64,000 nt of DNA from Anthoceros angustus (taxonomy: Eukaryota > Plantae > Anthocerotophyta), in assembly GCA_010909165.1 (NCBI GenBank), contig MU008172.1:186001-250000 (forward strand), in the 5' to 3' direction. The notes beneath the pieces are model-generated. The model saw nothing but the letters and a program-made list of their open reading frames with translations, had not been told where the DNA came from and searched no databases. Both the position numbers and the translations under genes were made by a program. Below, one piece after another: positions 33,900-46,130 of the stretch (position 1 is its first letter; each line of letters starts with the position of its first letter).

Positions 33900-36650
33900 A
33901 CCGGGCAAGACTCGATGTGGAGAGTGCGAGTCTCCGGACTTTGGTGAGAAGATCCATGCATTGTTGATTTTGGGCTTGGCTTGGAAACAATATCGCACGC
34001 GGGTGATGGCGGAGTTGCAAGCACGGGAGTCGCCCAAGAGCTAATGTGGTCCGTGGTCCCGGATCTTTGTTTGGTGATTGTGATGCCATCCAGCTTGAGT
34101 TGCTCGAGATGATGCCTCGCGCACATCCGCCAAAGGTGAGGATCTGCAACGAGCTGCACCGACGCTAAGCGTAAAGTACCTCGCCGAGCTAGAATGGATT
34201 TGGTCTTAGAGAAGCATTGTTCGTGGCTTGTGCGCGATTTAAAGCGGCATTGTTGTGACAAAAATGTTTAGAGCGTGTTGGCCATTCAAATTGAAGGTGA
34301 TTCGTGTAGCATTCTTCCGCATGACAAAAGGAGAGGGGAACAGCATTTGCAAGACCATCGGATCCGATCAAGACGAAGAGGAGTTGTTGCCCATAGTATG
34401 GATAAACCGGATTCCACATGGGAAGAAACAGTGTGTGTGAGGGCTCGGGGGTTTTACGCATTGGGTCACTAAGATACAAGAATGCGCAAACCGGGTAGTG
34501 AAAAATGTTAGATGGACCGTAGGCTACGGTCTCAAAAGCAGCCAACGCCATATGGATTACACGTCATGTGGATGGACGTTTTCTTCAAAGGTCAGGAAAG
34601 ATGCCGAATCGGAAGTCTTCAACTTGCCGACTCGACACTAAAGAGGAGATCTTCATTGAGTATGCGAGCGGAAACGGTCGATGTGCTCCACGTTTATTGA
34701 CTACTTTTGCAAGCTTTGGATGAAGTATTTCCTGTTAAAATACCACACAGCAACCGGCCATCTGCGGCATCGATGACCTAAAGAGGAAAATAAAAAGGCG
34801 GTCGGATCACGACAAGGTGAGATGGCGGTCCTTATTCCGGTCACCGGATGTCCCGCCGAACTTTGGCGCAACCCCATGGCCTCACACCCTTTTCTTGCGA
34901 ATGAAGGGGGCTTGAAACAAACCGTGTGCACATTGGCGCCCTTATTGTTGCGTGCAGACAAGAATGTGGAGCCGAGTCCACAGAGAACAACAAGAAGGAG
35001 CGCGAAATGGCGCGCACCGCACAAGTGCGGCGGGCTAAGTTCATTGGTATTGCCATAGATGGTATGGACCAAAAACAGAGTTGCCCCATTACCGCAGATT
35101 GCCAAAGACGGTTGATTCCGGAGCCCTTGTCGGGCTTCACGTTCTAGGTGTGCTGGTGTTCAACTACTTGGTGCGCACTAGTGTATTTGAGTTTCGAATG
35201 TGAGAAATGATCCGAATGGAATCAGAGCCGTGATTCAGATGTTATCAATACTGGAGGGGCCGCTATTCTATACTTGCGGATGGACAATTGCTCAAAACAA
35301 GAATCGGAGGTATTGGCATATCATCCATGCTTGTGGCGAAAGGTATCTTCAAAAAATCAAGGTGGGGTTTCTTCTTGTTGGCCATACCCACGATCGATTG
35401 ACCAAATGTTTTCGAGGTTCTCGGTTGTGCTAGGGTTGAAGGATGCTTACAGCCCGAAATGATAGGGTTGCCGGAGCGGGCGACACCCCATCACCGCAGA
35501 TTCACATAAGAAGGAGGTGCGACTTCAAGACCTATCTATGGCCGAAGGGGATCGTCGCAACGTATGACTTGCATAATCACGCTTTCAACACCAGTTCAAA
35601 ATAACAAGGGAGAAGCTGCTATCGAGAGGACGGATGCTAAGATGCAAGGAGTTTTCAAGTTCGATCAGGTCACCGGAGGGTGGTGTGCGCTATTACGTGG
35701 GTGCCACCACGGGTGAGCGACTCCATTGTTGCCGTTGGTCCCATCACATGCCCAAGGTAAAGGAAAGGGACAAGCAAAGCGGAAGGATGCCCCGATGCCT
35801 GGCGGTAGTAGTAGTGTAGTGGCGGAGTCCATGAAGTAAAAGCGGGCCTAGAACGCACCAGCGACATATGAATGTGGAGCAACTAGCATGGTGGGATACG
35901 CCTGGGATGAACAGTAGCAATAGCCGAGAGACTAGCAGCATTCCATTCCGTTGGAGAGAATGGTCTTGGTACACTCGCGATGAAGAAAACGAGGTACCAC
36001 CAGAGACCCTCCAGACTCAACTTTGGTTGATCCCGCAATGGCCGACGGATTTTTGGACATGGTGGAGGTGTACACAGGGCACATCAAGTGCGGAGGGAGG
36101 GCAAGGCGAGGCTCAGTCGAGGTTGTGTGAAGGAGATTGAGGAGGGAATGATGGTTGCTGTCAAGCCGGGATGATCCAGAGGCGACCATTCGCTCGCAAA
36201 AGTGGTGGAGGTGGACCATGATGCGGGGTCCCTTTCATGATAGTTCATTGCGGAGAGAACAATGATGCATTCGAGGGAAGGTACATGGAGGAGTTTGTGA
36301 TACGGAAGCGCCCACCGTCGAGGGAAAAAGTGCGATCAAAGAATGGAGGCAAAGGGCGTCAGGAGAAGCATTTGCAAAGCCTCAACTTCCCAGAGACAAA
36401 TGTGCTGGCCTATGATTTCGCGCTGACAAGGAACAAGACGTTGCAGAGGACGACAATGAAGCTGATAAAGACCAAAGTCTTTGAGTTGCGGTCAGAGCCG
36501 GCTGATGAACCGGCGAGGCTTCCGCCAGCTGACACGAATGTCATGCCCGAAGACATGATTGACTCGGAAGACCTCGACAATGTGGAATCAACGGATGAGT
36601 CCACAGACGTGGTGGTGGACCACCGGATGGTCGGACTGGAGAGGAGCCGA
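33900..36650 (+). mobile_element. Frameshifted DDD transposase, Sola-like / DUF7869-type
   Basis: FIGIAIDGMDQK..CP (D at 35058); LYLRMDNCSKQ/NKNR (D at 35283); IKVGFLLVGHTHD(R)IDQMFSRFS (about 35371-35420); C-terminal VLAYDFALTRNKTLQRTTMKLIK. Confidence 0.8.
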
Positions 36651-36689
36651 TGAGGCAACCTAATATTGTCAACTTTCCGCCTTGTACCA

Positions 36690-38080
36690 GACGTTATGTC
36701 CCCTCGGGCTTGAATGCGTGGATTGTTTTCGTCTTTTCGGAAAGGTTTAACACCGGCATCATCTGCTTGTAGGAAGTTGACGGTGATAATGTCCGGAGCA
36801 TGTAACGGCGACTATGTCGAAACCGATCCGCAATGTGGTGCTCTAATTTTCTAACAATGTTCGGTGGTTTGTCGTTGAGAGCAGGCGAGGTTTCAATGGT
36901 GATCATGCAGTCATCTATGTTCGACCAGCAGTGGCGAAGTGTTCCCGAGGATGGTCACGCCAGGATGTCCGTGGCAAGGCGTATGCCGCAGCGCAATGTT
37001 TGTTTTCGGTTCTAGTTCGGGACCGCCCCTAATGACTATGGGGTGGAACGGACGGGGTCCGATCTCGCGGCTCGCGAACGGACGCACGGGCGAAACTGAG
37101 TACCAAGACGGGCTCAAAAAGGCGTCTTCCTCCACTGCTTCCACCGCCACAGAGGTTGTCTTCCACCTCCTTTGTGGTTTGTGCACCATCCCTCCTCCTC
37201 GGCGGAGAGCCGTCCTCACGCCATGCTCCTCCACCTCCTTCCAGCCCTTCCGGATGAGGACTGTCCGGTTTTGCCTGCGCGCCCCTTCTCCTTACGTCCC
37301 CCATCCATCCAACCTTCCTTGAACTAACCTCGCTTGCAGCCCTTCCGGATGAGGACTCGCAGAGGTGGCTACGAGTCACCACCTCGTATCACAAGGGAGG
37401 ATGTGGAGGCAAAGCGAGCCAAGGCGGAGAAGGATGGAAGTTGCCCATCCGGGACTTGTGTGGAGGCCATTTGGGTCTCCAGGCGGCGGGAAAGAGATGG
37501 TATGTGGCCATCTCCTTCCATGCAGAGGCGGTGGCATCGTAGATTTTATGCTTTAGGAGGTAGGAAAAGCCAAGGGGTGGAAGAGGACTATAGGATAGCG
37601 AAGGAGGGGTTCCCGGAGGCGAAACGGGGTGCAGCAACTCCAGCATGCGAGAGGAAGGAGGGGTGAAGGAAGAGCTGAGGACTGTCCGGTCCCAAAGAAT
37701 TGTTTAGAGCTTCCGTGACCTTGCATGCCGTGAGTCCATGCAATACCAGAATGAAGGTTGCCGCAGGAGGAGTCGCCGGGAGCGGGAGCGGGTGGAAGTG
37801 AAGGAGGAGGCAAGCACTTACCGTACCTTTTCGCTTGAGAGTTGAGCATGGTTGTCGCATGCACTAACGGGCTGTTCATTGTGGCGTAGACAGTGATGGG
37901 GACACCCTTGGCAAACCGGAGGAGCACAATTGGAGATAGGAGCGTGAAGTGGGTTACCTAGGTTTTTGCAAGCGATCCAGACTAGAAGCGGGGCGGAGGG
38001 GGAAGAGAAAGGGAGGGGAGAGGGGGGGTTGGATGCTTCGTAGCTTTCTCGTGGCTTCACTGGGGTCAGAGTTGGGGACG
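36690..38080 (-). other. Degenerate accessory ORF(s) convergent with the transposase, function unknown
   Basis: Protein-like fragments (LNDKPPNIVRKLEHHIADRF...MLRTL...SYKQMMPVLNL; LLKHKIYDATASAWKEMATYHLFPAAW) separated by low-complexity purine-rich DNA. Confidence 0.3.
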
Positions 38081-39009
38081 GCAATCACATGATTTTGTGT
38101 ATGTCAAGTTTTAGCGTCTGATGTGCAAGCCATGGTCTGCCGCGAAGTGTGAAGCGGAAACGGGGGTTTGAGTTTGGGGAATGCCTGATTCGGGAATGTT
38201 TTGTCTGTCACCGGACAGCCGGTGGCTATGAGCCAACGGTCAATGTCACATGGCATGGACTAGAGGGGCGGTTACATGTGAACTACACCATATCGGTTTT
38301 CCAATACTTTATTAGCGAGAAATGTATTCATCAAGATATACTTTGTACCTTGGGGATGTATATTTGAATAATATTATTCCATGTATTTTACATGAATAAC
38401 CCTAAGGCCCACAAACAGTGAGCCCGCTAGTGATGCATTCATCAATTGTGTAACATGACGTACACTTTTCCATATGCCGCTTTGTAAAGGTAGCTTTGGT
38501 CGTAATGTATCCCAAAAGTGACAGATTGAAATAAAGCCTAAATAAATGTTCTAGTCACGCCATAAATTTATAAGGATCTCTACTTTTTCTCCCGAATGCC
38601 TCTTTTGTTTAACCATGAGACATCGAGGTGTGGAAATATTGCCAATAAATTTCAAGTTTTGATGAAGTGGAATGGGTTTGGGTGTCTGTGAGTTGTATTT
38701 TTAGCGCTTTCCCACAAACCCTCAAAATCAACGTTCGAGTTTTCTTAAGTGCAAATTTTGATGACATATTTGGCCGTCCGGAAAGTGGAGTGTGTCACTA
38801 GCCCTAAGGAGACCTGTTCTACCGTCTGCAGCTTTGAGCACCAGTGTTTCTGCTGGATCCTTGATTTTGGCCACCGGAAGCAACAAAGAAGGATAAATAA
38901 TTAGAACAACGAACATGCCTAGTAGCTTGTTTTCGCTTGAGAGACTCCTCTCAAGCTTTGCATCCTTCCGTGCCGCAACATTGGTCTATGCTTCAAACTC
39001 GCAGACCCT

Positions 39010-40460
39010 TGTGTAGCGGCTAGCTACAATTAAATATTAAATTAAGCTTTCACTAAAGAGCGTAGTCGAACATCATTTCTTTCCTTCCTTGCGCAGAACA
39101 TCACACCAACGAACGCTCACGTTAACGTTAACGCTGGTGAGCCGATCATCGCAGAGAAATGAGAACGAAACATTTTTTACATGATAAAGGCATTCACTCC
39201 ATGCTCCTCAAATTCCAAACATCGATCGTCACACCGACGATGCGGAATCACGTGGTACCATGTCGCTACCATGTCTTTGAAACCAACTTGCAAATCATCA
39301 TCTTCGATATGGCGATCGAGCGAGCAACCGCAAGATGAGTTCCGAGCCCACTTTTTCCGATCGTGAGTGCAAGGGGCTTTGAAATATGCAGGCGGTGGTA
39401 GATTCTATTGTCGTTCGGCGGTGGAAGGATGAAGTGCATCGGTCAATGTGAGCATACTCGAGCTCGAGTGCAAGATGGGTCAGGATCAAAACATGGTTCG
39501 TGTTCGGAAGACAGGGTGAATGCGAGATTCGGAGGAAGGGCAAGCTCATAGGCCACAGGGCCAATGCAACGGAGGATACTAAGGACCAACAAAACGAGGG
39601 AAATCTTACGAATCCCGTGAAGGGATAAATTCGGCGACAAGACATAGGTACCAACTGCAAATTCTTGAGGGGCAGCGATGATTGGCGATTGGGCTTGGCG
39701 GTTTTGGGTTCCAAACAGACGAGCCTCTGCGCGATTTGGACACGTTGGTGAGAAAATCGACAAGCGGCGAGGACACAAGCGTGAAGGCAAGGAAAGCAGC
39801 GTGGGGTGAAAACCTTTGTTGAACAAGAATGGAGTAACTCGGGTTGAGGCGTTAGGGGCGTTGTTGTAGGCAAACTCAACGAGGTGGAGAAAGTCCAGCC
39901 ACCGAGTTTGGTGCACACCGCATAAGCACGGAGTATATCCTCTAAAACTTGATTAGCTCGCTCGTAGCACCATCCGTCCGAGGATAAAAGGCGATGACAT
40001 CTGAGCTTGGTGCCAAGACCACTGAACCGCTTGCGAGCGGCGTAAACTGAATCATGATCGCTCACAAGAGAGCGAGGAGGCCATGGGCATATAAAACCAC
40101 TTTCCGAATAAGTCGGTTTGTTCATTAGAGCATGTCTCGAGGTGGAGGCAAGGAGCACTTGATGAGTAAGCTTATTCGTGAAGACCGACGCATCAAAGCC
40201 GAGTGCGAGGCAATCCGGTTATGAAGTCAAGTGTGACTTGCTCCCGAGGCGATAAAGGGCGGGCAAGGGTTGGAGCAGCCGGCAAGGCGTTGGTGACAAG
40301 CTTTGTTGCATTGGCATAAGTTGCAAAGGAGGACATAATCTCGGACGTCTGATTGAGTGAGGCCAAAAATAGAGCCGATTGAGAGTGGTAGTAGTAAGAT
40401 TTATGACATGTAGATGGAACATCGTGGGCTTCGTAAATCAAAGCCCGGCAAATATGGGGA
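39010..40460 (-). mobile_element. Ty3/Gypsy 3' end: short LTR (39010-39172), A-tract at the PPT position, possible chromodomain, integrase
   Basis: WLDFLHLVEFAYNNAPNASTRVTPFLFNKGFHP; ILRCIGPVAYELALPP; VTLDFITGLPRT. LTR shared with 16141-16321. Confidence 0.85.
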
Positions 40461-41019
40461 ACTTAAGGGATGTCATACGTGACACTACTCTACACTTGGG
40501 TTTAGTGTTTGATTAGCATTAATTAATCTAATGACTTGTCTTTAAGTAATTAGTATTAATTAATCTAAAGCGCTTACATTAATTAAGTATTGATTAGTGT
40601 TAATGAAACATGGTTAGCAATAGCTAACGGATGGCTTTCAAGGTCACTAAGCATAGGGCAATGCATGCAAGCCACCTCTTCATCCCACTTGGGCTTGAGG
40701 ATTGCTCCTATCTATAGCAATCCTTGCGATCTTCCTTTGATGTCCTTTCATAGATGGTGACCCCAATCTATTCTCTTTCTTTAATAAAACCAATTATTTT
40801 TCTCCCATGTGCGTTTGCATTCACATCCAATGAAGGATATCGATGCTATGGTACGCTCGAGGCTTGTCCATCTCCTCCACATATATATACAATGCCTTTC
40901 CCATGTGCACTTTGCACTCATATCCAACGTAGAAGATGCCAAAATCGCATATATACATATGTATGTAGGTTCCGGCCGCAACATGCTATTGGAAATCTGG
41001 TGTCCACTAGAATCTTACG

Positions 41020-41400
41020 AGAATCTAGACTCACTTGCTTCTTCTTCCCTTAAGCTTCTCCTCGAACTAGCTTTGCATGTCTTAGCTCTATATCATGTGA
41101 CGTAGTTTGGAGGTGAGTTGAAGAACAGAATCTACCAAGACCAAATTTTAAAGGCTATATGTGCGATCCCACACACCAAAATTATTATCGACTCACTTGC
41201 GTCCCTTGAGCTAGCTTTGCAAGGCCTAGAGCTCTATATCCTGTGTAGTTTGGAGGTGAGTTGAAGAACACCGAGAATCGCCAAGCCCAAATTTGTAAAG
41301 GCTATATGTGCGATCCCACACACCAAAATAATCATCGACTCACTTGCTTCTTCCCTTGAGCTTACGCCTCGAGCTAGCTTTTCAAGGCCTAGAGCTCTAT
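41020..41400. repeat. About 2.5 tandem copies of a 145-165 bp unit, probably within an LTR
   Basis: gactcacttgc..cccttgagc..tagcttt.caaggcctagagctctatatc..gtagtttggaggtgagttgaagaaca recurs. Confidence 0.8.
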
Positions 41401-41624
41401 ATCCCGTGGTCGGAGTGGTAGCTATCGGAGGTTCGACATCATCCGTATTCCGCTGTAGGTTGTAGCAATTGCGGTGTGGGATGGATGCGAGGTGGAAGGG
41501 TGTGAGACAAGGATGGATGCCGAGGAGGGTGGAGATGAATGGAGTGACCCGCCTCACGACATTGTGATGGCGATCTGGCAAGGTCTTGGTGCGAGTGTGG
41601 TTTGGGAAAACCCGGGCACTCCCA

Positions 41625-42115
41625 AGGGCNCCCACACCCCAGGCCAAGGCCCCTCAAATGCCAACCTCATATTCACAATGGTGCCCCAACACCCCGTCGC
41701 TCTTCTCCTTTGCTTTCCTTTTGGTTTATCACTTCCCTCGAGAAGAGTGTCGCTTCCCTCAAAGCGATGTGTCGAATGTAATCCAACATGGGTATGCTCA
41801 CACGGAATGGCAATTTCAGCCAAAGTCGAAGAAATTTCGGTGGAGACTTCATTTACTTGCGATGTCAAGCAGATACCTTGACATCGCTAGCGACCGCATC
41901 TTGCGCAAGTGAAGGAGGTTAGACCTAATGAAACTCTTGCTACGGTGATGGGCCTTACGACGATCGACAACATGAAGAATTGTGTGGTCTATCACCTCCC
42001 AAACACAGGACCCAACTATTGTTAAGCGATTGGGTCCCTCAAGCGATTACCCCATACCAAGTATGTAGGCCTCCGGATGATCTATACAGGCGATGCCGTT
42101 TTGTGATCAACTGTG
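41625..42115 (-). repeat. Dispersed repeat, reverse complement of about 53775-54258
   Basis: For example, ggtatgctcacac..aatggcaatttc and catgaagaattgtg match in inverted orientation; overlapping translations (TSQVNEVST, GSDKPKGKQRRRATG) are shared. Confidence 0.85.
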
Positions 42116-42259
42116 ATGGTGGTTACCATGTGTTTTGCCTAAATCCACCACTGGCGGGGTCCGGATCACTATTGTGGCCTGAAAGCGAGCTACAGCGGGC
42201 ATAAGCCATCGGGCTTGCGGCTAGGGAGGGGCGAGGGGGAGCAGGAGTGTCGAGGCTAA

Positions 42260-45200
42260 GGATTTACAGGCTGTCCTTGTCATGGGACATCATCCATGAG
42301 GACGGTAGGTGACAGATTTGCCGGTGGCGGGTACCCATCTTGGGAATTTGTCCCAATCTTGGGACATGATAGTCCACGGTGGGATTGCGAAGATTGTCAG
42401 CAACCACATTAAATTTCTGAGCTAAGGTGAGAAGGGCGATGTGAGTTAGCAAGTGTTCTCTTTATACCTTAGCCTAGTTTGAGCGTTTTCACTAACCAAG
42501 GACATGGGCGGATATATCCTTTATGCTAATTGGGCCATTGTCCAAGGATTCATTTCCTTTAAAATTAGTTATAGGAAATAGAGCCGTTATGAACGAATAG
42601 CTAGGTCACAAAAAGCCACTTAGTTGTAGGTGTGAAACGGGCCAAATACAAACCAGACGATGCACACGATCAGCGATGGGCGGAAACACCAGGCGTGTCT
42701 TTGGTTTGACATTATAGGCGCAAAGCGGCGGTGAGGAAGCGATCAGCGGCAAAGCATGAGGATGATGGCGGAAGCCAGCATGAAGATAGCGAGGAGAGCG
42801 TCTTAAGTTTTTGGTCTTGGAAATCGTGCAGCGAGGGTGCTGCTGCTAGGAACAAAGACATTGTGTGATTTTCCAGGAATCACGTATCAAACTTCTGCGG
42901 ATCACGGGCGTTTTTGCTCTGGCGTGTCCCCGCTGCGGTCTTGAGGTGCAATTCTGAACCTCAGCCAGTATATTTGGCTGAGAAACATCAAAATTAGCTT
43001 TGGTTGCTGAAATCGCGGCATTTGAAGACCGATCTTTCAAAGGCGCTTCTCCAATCCGGAGCGGCGGCATTTGAGGCGCCTCCTTCACCTAGGGTGACGC
43101 CATTCTAGAGCTAGGAGCACAGCTGGGCGATTGCAGCTGCAGCCGTGGCCAAATCCAGGCCCAAATCGTGGGCATTTCCAGAATCAGCTGGGATTTCGAG
43201 ATTTGACGGGCGTCTCTTCATCTCTGTTTGCTCCTTGCAGCCACAGAGCATGTTGGAGAGGAGGACATATCTAACCATTCAAGATTTCCAGATCAGGAGC
43301 AGGCGGATTGCAGCTTAGCCAACATTTCTGATTGTGGGGATTTTGCCAGTGAATCAGTCAAACCTTGTGCATTGTTAGGGACAGTCGCTGGCTATTATAG
43401 CTATAGGAAGCACTAGTGATTCAAGATGCGTAACGTGGTTTGTTTTTGACCCTCTCGGTGGCTGGGGTTGGGAGTTGACCTCTAGAGCAGGTCCCATTTC
43501 GGGGAGCATGAAGCGATCCATTTGAGTTATGCAACCTCACTATGGGTTGTTGAGGGCAGGTCCCTACATCTTTGGGGTTGGGACGGTCCCACTTGAGGCT
43601 GACGGTCCCCTTGCCGAACTGTTGGGGCGAGTACTCTTGACAGCTGGGATTCTTTGAAAGCTATGTAGAGAGTCTGGCTATTCCTTTACAAATTTGGGAG
43701 TGTCACGCTGATCCCATGCGCTAGCCATATGGGTGATGCACCCCGAGGGACATGAGATTAGTCCTCGCTATTGTTTGAGGACACGAGACATTCATCAACG
43801 AACCACTCTTGAGCAGGCATAGGCCAGAAGAAGTTCTTTCCAACATCAGCAACCAGCACAAGAGGAGTTGGCCAGCAGTTCACAGGAGCCGGGCCGCCAC
43901 ACACCTTGGCTTGACAACCGGTGGTCTCCATTTTGAGATCTCGGTAGCCGGCAAATTCATCGACTCCTTCTTGCGGGAGATCAACCGGAACAAACTTGTC
44001 CCAATTCGAGGCCTACATGGACAAGATCATCAGCTGATCTTTCAAAGGATTCAGACACCATGGAAGGTGGAGGACCCTCATACAGGCAAGACGGATTTTC
44101 TGGGAGACTTGACACACAATGCAAGATTTTCGGTTGTCCCTCAATGCCATCATCAGTCGGGTCAGGTTCAAACATGGTGCCGCTTACAATCACCAGTAGA
44201 TGTTTGAACAGCTTTCAAGCTACTTGACGGACAAAGTATTTGGTTGTATGAGGCACATCAAGGCGGTTGTCCTCTACCATCTCCACGGTGAATCCAGCGG
44301 TTTCAAGGGCCTTGGCAGCTTGCCTGGCGGCAAGTTGGCAGCGTGAGTGCCCACAAGGAGAAGATCGATGCTGGGACAGTTGCAGCCACTATCCAGCCAC
44401 CATCCGTGGTGAGTCAGGCACATTTGGATCTGCTGACCTCACACTCAAATCAGCACTTAACAGCACATTTGCGTACGGCGTACACTTGGCTCATGCGCCA
44501 AGGTGCGTGGTAAACCCTCCACGACATAGGAGTTAGGCGTGCTCAGTTACAGCAAGTGCTGAGCTACGGCTGAAGCTTCAACGGCCGTCCTACTCGGGAC
44601 TGCTAGGGGAATCTCAACACTGGACCTCGACAATCCCATACCTAGGACTGCCGGGAGAGTCCCAATGTCAGGCACTTCCAGCCCCATGCTCAGGATTGCC
44701 TTGAAAGTCCCCACCTGGGACCCCACAGTCCCATACTCGGGATTGCCGGGACTGCCGACGGATCCCACATGGGCAACCTCACTTGGGGCTTCAGGTTGGG
44801 TACTGCCCACCACTATCGACCAAGTTACAAAGGTGGGAATGACAGGGCAAGCCTCCAACAGTCATGGGGGGACCAGTCACTTGGAGGGTAAATGCGCGCC
44901 TATGCTTCCCAGCGGCGCGGAGCACTTGGGAGCACCCATGCATTCAGCCCATTACCCGCATGAATGTGCAAGTGAGCAATGCCATGGTGGACAATAGGCA
45001 AGGTCATGTCACTGTGAATGGCTATGCTCCCAAGCTCGTGCACGCTTTTAGACATGGGGGCACAGCCAGTGATCATTGGCAAGGCTCTTGCAGCCAGGCT
45101 GAACTTGCAAGGAACGGCACTCCGCCATTCACCCTGGAACATCTAGACAGCATCAGGCGCTAAGGAACTTGTGTGTGGGGAGATTGTCCACCCAATTGCC

Positions 45201-46130
45201 ATAACGTTCAAGCCCACGACAGCCGCTGCCATGACATTGGCCATTCGTTACCTTGTCACAACAGCCACTAACTACAATGTCCTTCTTGGGTAGGAAATTT
45301 TGTTCCCACCCAGCATCGGCGTGGACAATTGGATAGAGCAAGCTCACTACCGTCCAGATTGGCGAAGTGGAGGTCAGCAAGTGGCGCATTTCCCCTTGCA
45401 TGCACGTAAGCAGTTGGATGCTTGATGTACTTTATGATGGCTATTCTGGTCATATGGTGACCATCGGTGTCCTAGAGGTGCTTCACATCTCGGTAGCATT
45501 TATGCGACATCTTTGGAGCTTGATGATCCGGATCCGGCTGGGAGGACAACCATTTGGTCATAGCGGCACTGCCCTGAAGACAACTCACCATCATTCGCGG
45601 TGTCTAACTTAGCTCGTGAGCTATTCCACGGTGCGACCGCTCGGCTTCAGCAATCACCATTGAACGATCCACAAAATTGTGGAATCGACATCATTTCATG
45701 GGACTCCTCCTTCGAATGACCAACCATGACTCCATTCAACAAGAGTGCTTCCAGGCCTGGGCAAATGCCACCGAATAGTTCTAACACAATAGTCTACTGT
45801 GATAGCTATCCCAAGGCGCAACGCATTGCTGCCTTTTGCCTTTAGGAGCTACAACAACGATTCCCCCATTACAGTATGGGGACCGGATCCGGAATGAGGA
45901 CTCTGATCCCAGTCGCAAGCCTCGCTTATGTCTTTGAGACTTTCGATTGGGTCATGGGGCCCTAACTCACCGCGAGACAGCGCGGATACATGCCACTGTT
46001 GCTCCGTGCAGGCGCATTCTCCATGAAGACTTGAAGGGATGCAATGTGACCACTTTTCACATCAATTTGACCAGCAAGGAGCCCATCTACAGGAGGTGCT
46101 ACGTGTGGGAGGAAAACCCTAGGGCTTAGG
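42260..46130 (-). mobile_element. Heavily degenerate Gypsy gag-pol remnant
   Basis: KFNVVADNL (RNase H tail NVVADALS-like) at about 42400; protease-like LPAVLGMGL at about 44650; gag-like fragments at about 45500-45800. No RT catalytic motif could be read. Confidence 0.45.

Noticed and set aside
38728-39000. Exons of a host gene spanning the transposon nest
   Set aside because: Splice signals are weak (it needs a GC donor), there is no recognisable homology, and I could not link it to the 14.7-kb ORF.
43700-44300. Reverse transcriptase core of the 42-46 kb Gypsy remnant
   Set aside because: It is expected at this position, but no YxDD or other RT motif could be read in any frame, so it was not called.
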